NCBI GenBank assembly: GCA_045533335.1
Contig: JAZSHQ010000057.1
Location: forward strand, 33,573-97,572
Reading direction: 5' to 3'
DNA: 64,000 bases
Origin: Eubacteriales bacterium
GTDB lineage: Bacteria; Bacillota; Clostridia; Oscillospirales; CAG-382
Below are positions 48,727-57,446 of the stretch, in pieces. The notes beneath the pieces were generated by a model. The model did no database searches, had not been told where the DNA came from, and saw only the letters and a list, made by a program, of their open reading frames with translations. Each line of letters begins with the position of its first letter. The first letter of the stretch is position 1. A program made the position numbers and the translations under genes.

Positions 48727-49890
48727 TTATTCTCCGATAATTGGATTTTTCGCGGTATCCGCGGGGGAGGGGGTCGGCTCTGCAAGACAGAGAATATCCT
48801 CGATTCGCTTTGCGAAAAGGAAAGCGTTTTTGGTTTGCTCGCCTTGCTCAAGCGCGCGCACGGGTTTGTTTATAATATCTATTCCGTCGTTCTTTTTTGC
48901 GGTTTTAAGTGTTTTCCGCCCCTTTTCGTTGGCGGCAAGCACGGCGGTATAGGGCGGGGGAGTGTTCACCCTTTCGGCGGTAATGCCAAATGTCAGCGCG
49001 TTTACCGCGCGGCGCACCCTCGCGGCGGTGTAATTTTTATCGGTGCAATCGGAAACAATATCCTTTACCGAGCTTTGCTTTTGTGCCGAACGCAAAATTT
49101 TGTGCGCAAGGTCGCTCGGAAGAGCGTAAAGACTTGAAAAATCGCTGTTTTCGTATATCAACTGCCTTAACCTGCCGACAAAAAATGCACCGAGCTTTTT
49201 TTCATTCCGTGGGAAAAGGCGGTCTTTTTCCCGAGCAAACACCGTATAGCTCTCCTCGGGCAGCATATTGAGCATTTCCTCTGCATTACCCTTTTCGCGT
49301 ATTTGCGAGGAGGAGGAAAATTCCGGCGCGCGCTTTACGACAAAGGGGGAAATATCGGTGTTTTTCAGCGCGGAAAGATATTCAAGCGCAAGAATGTTAT
49401 TGGGCTTTTTCACCGCCTCGGCGTGAATATTTCCAAACCTTTGCCTTACCGCCTCGGTAAAAGCTTGCGGGTAGGAAAGGTTTTTGTTTTCGGAAAGAAT
49501 TTCGTTTATGCGCTGTGTAAATTCTTCGCTTTCGGTGTAGCCGTTTATTTCGCAAAGCAGCTCCGCGCCGTCCTCTGCGCCGAAGGCAAGGTGGGTCACA
49601 CCCAAGCAAGCGGCAATATGCACGCCCGCTGTTGCAAAATCGCGCGCGGAGGAACAGCACCAAGGAATCGGAAGCTCGACAACAAGGTCGGCACCGCTTT
49701 TTAAAGCCGCTTCGGCGCGCAGGTACTTGTCGGCAACCGCAACCGACCCGCGCTGAACGATATTTCCGCTCATAATGCAGATCACCGTTTCGAACTCGGC
49801 TTTTAATAGCTCCATTTGGTGCTTGTGCCCGAAATGAAAGGGATTATATTCACATATAACGGCAACACAGTGTTTTTGCTTCATTTTCAC
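48727..49890 (-). CDS. tmcAL: tRNA(Met) cytidine acetate ligase (UPF0348/YlbM family)
   Basis: N-terminus ICEYNPFHFGHKHQ. Confidence 0.8.
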   Translation of the reverse strand: MKMKQKHCVAVICEYNPFHFGHKHQMELLKAEFETVICIMSGNIVQRGSVAVADKYLRAEAALKSGADLVVELPIPWCCSSARDFATAGVHIAACLGVTHLAFGAEDGAELLCEINGYTESEEFTQRINEILSENKNLSYPQAFTEAVRQRFGNIHAEAVKKPNNILALEYLSALKNTDISPFVVKRAPEFSSSSQIREKGNAEEMLNMLPEESYTVFAREKDRLFPRNEKKLGAFFVGRLRQLIYENSDFSSLYALPSDLAHKILRSAQKQSSVKDIVSDCTDKNYTAARVRRAVNALTFGITAERVNTPPPYTAVLAANEKGRKTLKTAKKNDGIDIINKPVRALEQGEQTKNAFLFAKRIEDILCLAEPTPSPADTAKNPIIGE

Positions 49891-49901
49891 CTAAAAATCA
49901 C

Positions 49902-49930
49902 TTGCAATTCATCTTTAAAGGTAGTATAAT
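49902..49930 (+). promoter_or_regulatory. promoter TTGCAA-17-TATAAT for ackA
   Basis: 49902-49907 and 49925-49930. Confidence 0.55.
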
Positions 49931-49965
49931 GAAAAAAATATAAAAAGTCAAGTTAAGGAGTAATT

Positions 49966-51156
49966 ATGTATATTCTTGTAGTTAACGCGGGCAGCTCCTC
50001 GTTAAAGTATCAGCTTTTCGATATGGACACTCAGGAGGTTGCCGCAAAGGGTCTTTGCGAACGTATCGGCATCGACGGCAGACTTACCCACACCTCCACC
50101 GGCAAGGAAAAGATCCAGAAGGATATTCCTATGCCCACCCACGCACAGGCGGTTGCCGCTTTGGTTGAATCGCTTACCGATAAGGAACACGGCTGTATTT
50201 CGGATATGGCGGAAATTTCGGCTGTCGGCCACCGTATAGTCCACGGCGGTCCTTGGCTTATAAAGAGCGTGCTTGTCGATGATAACGTTATCGCCGACCT
50301 TGAAAAGTGCCGCGACCTCGCGCCGCTTCATACCGTTCCCCACCTTTTGGGTATCCGCGGCTGTATCGAGGTTATGCCCACCACCCCGCAGGTATTGGTT
50401 ATCGATACCGCGTTCCACCAAACTATGCCCGCAGAAGCATATACCTACCCCATTAACTACGAGGTTGCGCAAAAGCACAATATCCGCCGTTACGGCTTCC
50501 ACGGTACTTCCCACCGTTACGTTTCGGGCAAAGCGATCGAAATGCTCGGCAACCCCAACGCAAAAATCGTAACCTGCCACCTCGGCAACGGCTCTTCGAT
50601 CACCGCTGTCGATGCGGGTAAGTGTATCGATACCTCTATGGGCTTCACCCCGCTCGAAGGCGTTATTATGGGCTCGCGTTGCGGCGCGATCGACCCCGCT
50701 GTTGTTCCTTTCGTTATGGAAAAAGAAAACATTCCCGTTTCGGAAATGGGTAACTGGATGAACAAAAACTGCGGTTTCTTGGGCGTTTCGGGCGTTTCGA
50801 GCGACCTTCGCGAAATTACCGCGGCAATCGACGCGGGCAACGAACGTGCGGAACTCGCTTACAATATCCTTGCATACCAGATAAAGAAATATATCGGCTC
50901 CTACACCGCGGCGATGAACGGTCTTGACTGTATCGTATTTACCGCAGGCGTAGGCGAAAACGACGCAAGATTGCGTGCGCTCGCGCTCGAAAATATGGAT
51001 TACTACGGAATCAAGATAGACCCCGAAAAGAACAACACCCGCGGAACTGTCGATATTACCGCTGCAGATTCGAAGGTAAAGGTATTCGTAATACCCACCA
51101 ACGAAGAGCTTGTTATCGCTTCCGATACAATGAAGATCGTTTCCGAGCTTAACTGA
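49966..51156 (+). CDS. ackA: acetate kinase
   Basis: ILVVNAGSSSLKYQLF and RRYGFHGTSHRYV motifs. Confidence 0.97.
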   Translation: MYILVVNAGSSSLKYQLFDMDTQEVAAKGLCERIGIDGRLTHTSTGKEKIQKDIPMPTHAQAVAALVESLTDKEHGCISDMAEISAVGHRIVHGGPWLIKSVLVDDNVIADLEKCRDLAPLHTVPHLLGIRGCIEVMPTTPQVLVIDTAFHQTMPAEAYTYPINYEVAQKHNIRRYGFHGTSHRYVSGKAIEMLGNPNAKIVTCHLGNGSSITAVDAGKCIDTSMGFTPLEGVIMGSRCGAIDPAVVPFVMEKENIPVSEMGNWMNKNCGFLGVSGVSSDLREITAAIDAGNERAELAYNILAYQIKKYIGSYTAAMNGLDCIVFTAGVGENDARLRALALENMDYYGIKIDPEKNNTRGTVDITAADSKVKVFVIPTNEELVIASDTMKIVSELN

Positions 51157-51157
51157 T

Positions 51158-51835
51158 ATGCCCGAGTCCGATAAAGACAAGTCTGCTTACGGCCACCGTA
51201 AGCGTTTAAAGGAAAAACTGCTTTCATCGGGTGCTTCGAATATGTCGGATGCCGATATTATCGAAATGCTTCTCTTCTATATCGTCCCGCGTAAGGATTG
51301 CAGGGCGGTTGCCGAAGCGCTTGTTGAAAAATACGGCACGCTCGAAGCGGTTATTGCCGCCGACCCGCGTGAGCTTAAGGAGTTTAAATACCTTAAAGAC
51401 GGCGCGGAGGTGCTTTTCACCCTCCTCGGCGAGGTTGTTAAGCGCGCCTCGATTATCGAAGGCGACCGCAGTATGCTCGAAGGCGATAGGTTAAAAATCT
51501 ATCTTCTCGAAATATTTAAGGATAAGGAAGCCGAAACCGTTTATGCGCTTTATTTTGCAGAGGACGGAAGCTATCTCGGTAAGCAGGTCATACACAGAGG
51601 CAATATAAGCAGTGCGCGGTTTTCGTTACGCACGGTGACAGAGGGCGTTATTCGCATCGGCGGTAAATCGGTCGTGCTGGCGCATAACCACCCAAGCGAT
51701 ATGCTTGTTCCCTCGGGCGACGATATTATTTCGACAAAACGCATCGCGGCGCACCTTGCCGCGAACGATATCGACCTTATCGACCATTACATCGTCGGCA
51801 AAGACGACGCGGTAAGTATTTTTAAGGCGAAATAG
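51158..51835 (+). CDS. radC: RadC-like JAB domain protein
   Basis: N-terminal HRKRLKEK plus JAMM motif LAHNHPSD. Starts 2 nt after the ackA stop. Confidence 0.85.
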   Translation: MPESDKDKSAYGHRKRLKEKLLSSGASNMSDADIIEMLLFYIVPRKDCRAVAEALVEKYGTLEAVIAADPRELKEFKYLKDGAEVLFTLLGEVVKRASIIEGDRSMLEGDRLKIYLLEIFKDKEAETVYALYFAEDGSYLGKQVIHRGNISSARFSLRTVTEGVIRIGGKSVVLAHNHPSDMLVPSGDDIISTKRIAAHLAANDIDLIDHYIVGKDDAVSIFKAK

Positions 51836-51840
51836 AGCGC

Positions 51841-51932
51841 GAGTTATGAACTATGAGTTATGAGTGAGCAACGCTTGGAAACAAGCTCATAACGATTAGC
51901 GCAAGCTAATCCCATAACTCTAAACTGATAAC
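51841..51932 (+). ncRNA. structured intergenic element, family 2, copy 1 (candidate 3'-UTR or small RNA)
   Basis: GAGTTAT-type heptamers (51841-51868). Hairpins GCTTG-GAAA-CAAGC (51873-51886) and GATTAGC-GCAA-GCTAATC (51894-51911). 3' block CCATAACTCTAAACTGATAAC. Confidence 0.45.
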
Positions 51933-51935
51933 AAA

Positions 51936-51966
51936 AAAAGAGCGAACGCTGCGTTCGCTCTTTTGC
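51936..51966. terminator. bidirectional intrinsic terminator
   Basis: AAAAAAAGAGCGAACG-ctg-CGTTCGCTCTTTT. Confidence 0.8.
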
Positions 51967-51976
51967 TTATTTATGC

Positions 51977-53617
51977 CTACTTTTCAACAACAACGATTAC
52001 GCCCTCGCCGCAAAGACGGCCTTCGGGGCAGGTAAGTATATCTTCTTTAATGCATTCCTCGATAATATCAGAGCCCAAACGTATAGATGCAATAAGCGAC
52101 GAATAGGTAAGGAATTCGTTTTCGAGATGCTTCGGCAGGTGCGATTTGATGAATTCCGCAAGCTCTTTCGCAATATCCTCCGCAACGCCGTCAAGCTTGT
52201 CGCAGATCTGCAAAAGGCTGTAGAAAGCGCGTTCGTCCTTTCGTTCAAATACAAGCACGTTCGGCTCGAGAAGATCGCCGTTTTTGCGTATATAACCGCA
52301 TTCTATTGCCTTTGCGGCAGTTTCCTTTTCGTAGTCCGAAAGGCTTTCTATATTCAAGCCGCCAATCGAGCGGAGCAAAAGCAGTATCAAGGGATCGGTA
52401 CCGATATTGTGTCCGCAATGGAAGTGGGCATCAAGACGGGGACCGTACATATTCGACATAAAAACGTGCTTGTATCCGCAGATCTCGCTCGTGTCGATAC
52501 CGTCGCAGCCGTAGGACGATATTCCGGGGCTGTTTTCGGCAGGTGATGCTATTACCGCTTGAGTATAGGGGCGTGAAGCGGGGGTGATATCGGCAAAATA
52601 TTTCGTTGTAAGAAGCCGTTGAACTCTATTGAGTATCTGCCACGAGGAGCGGTTGACGAGCTCCCAAAGAATAAATCTCGTGTCGGACTGCTTGCTTAAA
52701 AAGGGGAAGGAAAGTATTTTTTCTTTGTTTTCCAATATGCGGTTTTTAACCACCTCTGTCGCTTTGAGAAGATGGCGTTCGAATATTTTTTGCGATTCGG
52801 CGGCTTCGCTGTAATCGGCAACGATAACGTTTGCTATGTATTTTCCGTTTTCAAGCCTGCGTACCATACCGTATTCGCCGTTCATGCCGCGGCACTGAAT
52901 TTCAAGCTCTTCTTCTACAAACAGCATCGGTACGCAAAGCTCCTCGGAAAGTTCGCGCGCGGACTTTGCTTTATCCTTTATAAGATAAACAAGGTTTTGC
53001 GAAAAAGTTCTTTGGGTAACAACGCTCGGCTGGTTGCCCACGGGGTTGCCCGTGCCGACAAAATAAAAGCTTATGGGTTTAAGCGATAAATTCTTGTTTT
53101 CCATATTGTTGACCTCTTTTCTGACTGTGTTTCTTGCAGAAAACAAACGCTGTTTTACGGTATTTTCGGGAATTCCGAGCTTGGCGGCTATGTCCTTTAC
53201 CTTCATTTCGTCGAGATAAAACATAACCATAACGTCGCGGTATTCCTTCGAAAGAAAGGCGATCTCGCGGTAGATGCGCTTTAGCCGATACGCGGTTTCG
53301 TCCGAATCGATAATTTCTTCGATATCGTTCCTTTCGGAAGCAAAATCAAGCTCTCCGTTTTCGATACTTATTGTTTTTGCCGCTTTACTGCGCCTTTCGC
53401 AGAAGTCTGCGTAAACACGCCGCGCGACAGTCCAGACGAAAGCATAGAAATTTTCGATATGGCTTTGCTTTTTAACAGCGGTAAGCACGGCAAGCACAAT
53501 GTCCGAGCAGAGCTCCTCGGCTTCGAGGCTCGAGCCGCAACGCGGATAGGCAAAGCCGTAAAGCTTGTCTAAAAATTCCTTCTCGCCTATAATTTTCAGC
53601 ATTTCGTTTGTTTTCAT
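51977..53617 (-). CDS. ECF-type sigma-70 family factor with about 370-aa C-terminal extension
   Basis: Region 2 (FYAFVWTVARRVYADF) and region 4 HTH (VKDIAAKLGIPENTVKQRLFSAR) fall in the first 190 aa or so. The long soluble C-terminus has no TM helix. An alternative GTG start is at 53650. Confidence 0.8.
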   Translation of the reverse strand: MKTNEMLKIIGEKEFLDKLYGFAYPRCGSSLEAEELCSDIVLAVLTAVKKQSHIENFYAFVWTVARRVYADFCERRSKAAKTISIENGELDFASERNDIEEIIDSDETAYRLKRIYREIAFLSKEYRDVMVMFYLDEMKVKDIAAKLGIPENTVKQRLFSARNTVRKEVNNMENKNLSLKPISFYFVGTGNPVGNQPSVVTQRTFSQNLVYLIKDKAKSARELSEELCVPMLFVEEELEIQCRGMNGEYGMVRRLENGKYIANVIVADYSEAAESQKIFERHLLKATEVVKNRILENKEKILSFPFLSKQSDTRFILWELVNRSSWQILNRVQRLLTTKYFADITPASRPYTQAVIASPAENSPGISSYGCDGIDTSEICGYKHVFMSNMYGPRLDAHFHCGHNIGTDPLILLLLRSIGGLNIESLSDYEKETAAKAIECGYIRKNGDLLEPNVLVFERKDERAFYSLLQICDKLDGVAEDIAKELAEFIKSHLPKHLENEFLTYSSLIASIRLGSDIIEECIKEDILTCPEGRLCGEGVIVVVEK

Positions 53618-53694
53618 AGTGTTTCCTGTTTTGGTGTTTTGTGAATTCACTCTACATCCATATAGTCGGTCGAGGTCTTTAAAGGTTAGTGTCT

Positions 53695-53756
53695 TTATTA
53701 AAAAGTTTTTTAAAGAGAGCTCGAGAGAGAGCTTTTTTCAAAAAGTTCTCTCTCGA
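53695..53756 (+). repeat. family 3 palindromic terminator-like element
   Basis: TTATTAAAAAGTTTTTTAAAGAGAGCTCGAGAGAGAGCTTTTTTCAAAAAGTTCTCTCTCGA aligns with 62059-62122. Confidence 0.75.
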
Positions 53757-53766
53757 ATAAATCGTA

Positions 53767-55332
53767 TTATAAATTCAAAACGTATTCCTCGGCGGAGCGA
53801 ACACCGTCGATAGCGGCAGAGATTATTCCGCCCGCGTAGCCGGCGCCCTCGCCCAAGGGGTAAATACCCTTTATGTTGCTTTGTCTGTCGTCAAAACGTT
53901 TTATGCGTATCGGTGAGCTTGTTCGGCTTTCGATTGCGGTTATAATTGCGCTGTCGCTGTCAAAGCCCTTTATTTTCCTGCCGAATTCGCGCAGGGCTTC
54001 GCGGAAGGAATCGTTTATTTCCTTCGAAAACAGCTTCGAAATATCGCAATATTTAACCCCGCGCGGATAAGTGGGAGCAATATCGCTTTCGGCTTTGCCG
54101 CGACCTAAATATTCGCCGACGGTCATCGCAGGCGCGGTAAAATCGCCCCCGCCCATTTCGAAGGCGGCTTTTTCAAGATACTCGCGGTAATCGTAGCCCG
54201 CAAAAATACCTTCGCCGATATCTTCGGGTAATATTTCGCAAAGAATCGCGCTGTTTGCGTTCCTTCCGTCGCGCGCGTGGTAGCTCATACCGTTCGTAAC
54301 AAGCCGTTCATTTTCGCTTGCCGCGGCAACCACGTGCCCGCCGGGGCACATACAAAAGCTGTAAACCGTTCTGCCGGTTTTACAATGGGTAAAAAGCTTG
54401 TATTCGGCAGGCGGCAAAAAGCGTAAATCGCCGTTTTTGCCGTACTGCGCGATATCGATGTCGCTTTGCAGATGCTCGATGCGGAATCCTACCGAAAACG
54501 GCTTTTTCTCTATCTCCGCGCCGTGAGAGTAGAGCATTTCGGCAATGTTGCGCGCCGATTGCCCCGTGGCGAGGAAAAGTGTGTCGGTTTCGATGCTTCC
54601 GTTTGAGGTTATAACCGAGGAAAGAACGCCGTTTTTTGTAACGATATCCAAAAGCTGTGTTTCAAACCGTATTTCGCCGCCGAGCGCGATAATTTCGTTG
54701 CGAAGGTTGGCAACAACGTTTCGCAAAAGATCGGTGCCGATATGCGGCTTTGCGTTGTAAAGCGTTTCCTTGGGCGCGCCCGCGTTTACAAGCTCGCGCA
54801 GGACGAACTGACCGCGGAAGGATTTATCCTTAATAAGCGTGTTCAGCTTGCCGTCGGAAAACGCGCCTGCACCGCCTTCGCCGTATTGAATATTTGAATT
54901 TTCGTTTAATTCGCCGCCGGCGAAGAAGGCGTCGACGTCGCGCACGCGCTCGCTTCCGATTTTTCCGCGCTCGAGCACAATCGGCTTAAAGCCCGCTCTT
55001 GCCAAGCACAGCGCGGCAAAAATACCCGCGGGGCCGAAGCCTGCCACAACGGGGCGCTTGCTCGGTGCTTTTTCGGGCGTGGGGAAGCGGTATTCGGTTT
55101 CGGGGGTTGCGATAACGCCGCCGCTTTGATTTGCAAGCTTTTCTTCGTCCAACCCGTTTGCAAAAATGTCGATAGTGTAGACAAATTTCGCCTTGCCGCG
55201 GCGCGCGTCGAGCGACCTTTTGCGTATTTCGTAATCGAAGCTCCCCATAGGCAGACCCAGCGCTTTTGCAAGGTGTGCTTCAAGAGGAAGAGCGTCCTCG
55301 CGCGGAGAACGCTCTAACGTTAATCTTATCAT
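53767..55332 (-). CDS. FAD-dependent oxidoreductase (COG2509-like)
   Basis: Dinucleotide-binding motif VVAGFGPAGIFAAL. 521 aa, typical of the clostridial FAD-dependent protein family. Confidence 0.75.
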   Translation of the reverse strand: MIRLTLERSPREDALPLEAHLAKALGLPMGSFDYEIRKRSLDARRGKAKFVYTIDIFANGLDEEKLANQSGGVIATPETEYRFPTPEKAPSKRPVVAGFGPAGIFAALCLARAGFKPIVLERGKIGSERVRDVDAFFAGGELNENSNIQYGEGGAGAFSDGKLNTLIKDKSFRGQFVLRELVNAGAPKETLYNAKPHIGTDLLRNVVANLRNEIIALGGEIRFETQLLDIVTKNGVLSSVITSNGSIETDTLFLATGQSARNIAEMLYSHGAEIEKKPFSVGFRIEHLQSDIDIAQYGKNGDLRFLPPAEYKLFTHCKTGRTVYSFCMCPGGHVVAAASENERLVTNGMSYHARDGRNANSAILCEILPEDIGEGIFAGYDYREYLEKAAFEMGGGDFTAPAMTVGEYLGRGKAESDIAPTYPRGVKYCDISKLFSKEINDSFREALREFGRKIKGFDSDSAIITAIESRTSSPIRIKRFDDRQSNIKGIYPLGEGAGYAGGIISAAIDGVRSAEEYVLNL

Positions 55333-56300
55333 TACTTAAGATTGTTCTTTTCGAGCCAAGCAACGTAATCCTGATAAAGCTTGACCGAATCGGGGTGACC
55401 CATATACGCGGTGGTGCCGGGCTTGTTGAACATACCCTGATACTGATAAATAAGAATTTCATCAACGTAGGGCGAAATGCTCTTGATCTGACGGTCGATA
55501 CGTTCCATATCTGCGGCATAAAGCGCGCTTCTGTAAACGTCGCCTTCGAATTCAAACACTTCCATATCTGCCCAAAGCGCGCCTCTGCCCGCCTTGTCGT
55601 GCGCCTTGCGGAGTGCTTCGTAGAACGCGGGGGTTTCTTCGGGCTTGGATTTGCGAACGCCGATTTCGTCCTGATAAGCGATAATATCGCAATCAAGGCT
55701 TTCGAGCTGTGCAACGTACTTATCGTCGGCGATAAGGTGGTTGGTGCCATAGGGCGCGATAAGCATTTTAAGCTTGGGGTCGATAGTTCTTGCAAACGCG
55801 GAATAGGTGTTTACGTATTTAATAAATGCTTCGTCGTAGTAGGGGTAAATGCCGGTTTCATCGGGAAGATACCAGCCGTAGAAGGATTTGTAGCTGCCGT
55901 ACTGAGCGTAAAGCTGTTCCATCGCCTTGAACGCGCGTGCGGTAACCTCGGGGCTTATCATATTGTTAACTGTTTGATTCCAAACGCCGTAATAGCCGCA
56001 GGAAACGAAAACCTTTATATCGTTTCTTTCCGCCGCACGGAGAAGCGCGCCCATCGGGTCCTTCGCGCCCATATCGTAGAAGGGATATATGTCGGTTTTG
56101 AAGTAAGAAAACGCGGTGTTATCGTAAACCTGAGCGGTGGTAAGAAGAACGATATACTTCATACCGAGCTCTGCGATTTCGTCTACCTTTGCTTCCCACT
56201 GTTCGTCGGTAAACCAACGGCAGATCGGGTTCCAATATTTACCCTCGGGAATGTTGTGGTGCTGAAATTCAAACCAAGTACCGGTAATTTTTTTAAGCAT
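55332..56300 (-). CDS. DUF4434-like glycoside-hydrolase-like TIM-barrel protein
   Basis: ITGTWFEFQHHNIPEGKYWN start motif. The ATG at 56300 follows AAAGGAAA. The stop overlaps the next gene's start by 1 nt. Confidence 0.6.
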   Translation of the reverse strand: MLKKITGTWFEFQHHNIPEGKYWNPICRWFTDEQWEAKVDEIAELGMKYIVLLTTAQVYDNTAFSYFKTDIYPFYDMGAKDPMGALLRAAERNDIKVFVSCGYYGVWNQTVNNMISPEVTARAFKAMEQLYAQYGSYKSFYGWYLPDETGIYPYYDEAFIKYVNTYSAFARTIDPKLKMLIAPYGTNHLIADDKYVAQLESLDCDIIAYQDEIGVRKSKPEETPAFYEALRKAHDKAGRGALWADMEVFEFEGDVYRSALYAADMERIDRQIKSISPYVDEILIYQYQGMFNKPGTTAYMGHPDSVKLYQDYVAWLEKNNLK

Positions 56301-56386
56301 AGAAAATATTTCCTTTCTTGCAATATAGCTTGTATTCAGCATAACATTTTGTCTTGATTTTTTCAATAGTTTTTTATAAAAAACGG

Positions 56387-56415
56387 TTGCGTATATGGGA
56401 AAAATAAATTATAAT
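56387..56415 (+). promoter_or_regulatory. promoter TTGCGT-17-TATAAT
   Basis: 56387-56392 and 56410-56415. Confidence 0.5.
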
Positions 56416-56450
56416 AGGTTATAATAAAGAAAAAAACGGGGGATAAAAAG

Positions 56451-57305
56451 ATGAAAAAACTTATTTCCTTGGCTTTGATCGCTTTAATGCTTTTAACCTG
56501 CTTGCCCTTGTGCGCCTTTTCCGAGGAAGAGGAAGCGCTTACCGTTATCGCCTTTGGCGACAGCATTACCGCGGCGGATAAATGGCAAAAGCATATCGAA
56601 AGCAAGCTCGGTATCGATATAATCAACGCGGGCGTCGGCGGCGATACCACGAACAGCGCAAAGGCGCGCTTTAAAAAGGACGTGCTCGATAAATCGCCCG
56701 ATATCGTGCTTATAAGCTTGGGCGTTAACGACTGCGCGATAGATATGGCGCGCTACGTAACGCTTGAGAATTACAAGGCGAATATGGCTTATTTTATCGA
56801 CGAATGCAAAAAAATCGGGGCAAAGGTTATAGTAAATATCCCCACCCCCGTTGTCGACGAGCAATATCTTACCCGCCACGAAGCCGCACCCTTCGAGCCC
56901 TACGGCGGCCCGAACGGTATTGTTGCTATCTATGCCGAGGCTTGCCGCGAGGTCGCGCGCGAAAAGAACGTTGTTTTTGCCGATATTAACGCCGCTTTTC
57001 TTGCAACCGACGATTATACCAAATATTTCCCCGACGGCGTTCACCCCAACGATACGGGATATAAAATGTATGCCGAAGCGGTGCTTGATATATACGAGCG
57101 CCTTTGGCTCGGCGATATTAACGACGACGGCGCGGTCGACCAGTATGATTACATTCTTGTAAGGCGTCAGTATTTCGAAACGATTTCGCTTGACGAAAAG
57201 CAGTTAAAGCGCGCCGACGCGAATTGCGACGGAAGTGTAGATCAGTACGATTACGTTCTTGTAAAACGCGCGTATTTCGAAACCTATACCCTTTTGGGCA
57301 AGTAA
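56451..57305 (+). CDS. secreted SGNH/GDSL esterase with C-terminal type I dockerin
   Basis: Signal peptide, GDSIT block, DGVHPN block, and two dockerin repeats (GDINDDGAVDQYDY, DANCDGSVDQYDY). Confidence 0.88.
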   Translation: MKKLISLALIALMLLTCLPLCAFSEEEEALTVIAFGDSITAADKWQKHIESKLGIDIINAGVGGDTTNSAKARFKKDVLDKSPDIVLISLGVNDCAIDMARYVTLENYKANMAYFIDECKKIGAKVIVNIPTPVVDEQYLTRHEAAPFEPYGGPNGIVAIYAEACREVAREKNVVFADINAAFLATDDYTKYFPDGVHPNDTGYKMYAEAVLDIYERLWLGDINDDGAVDQYDYILVRRQYFETISLDEKQLKRADANCDGSVDQYDYVLVKRAYFETYTLLGK

Positions 57306-57307
57306 TT

Positions 57308-57411
57308 TGAGTTATGAGTTATGAGTTATGAGTTATGAGTTATGATTGGCTTTGCCAAGTTATTAGTTTATAACGCTTGCGCAAGCAAGCTCGTAACTCT
57401 AAACTCATAAC
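57308..57411 (+). ncRNA. structured intergenic element, family 2, copy 2
   Basis: (GAGTTAT)x5 at 57308-57342. Hairpins TTGGC-ttt-GCCAA (57345-57357) and GCTTGC-GCAA-GCAAGC (57374-57389). 3' block GTAACTCTAAACTCATAACT is complementary to the heptamers. Confidence 0.45.
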
Positions 57412-57412
57412 T

Positions 57413-57443
57413 AAAAAAGAGCTGTGTAACAACAGCTCTTTTT
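57413..57443. terminator. bidirectional intrinsic terminator
   Basis: AAAAAAGAGCTGT-gtaacaa-ACAGCTCTTTTT. Confidence 0.8.
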
Positions 57444-57446
57444 CTG

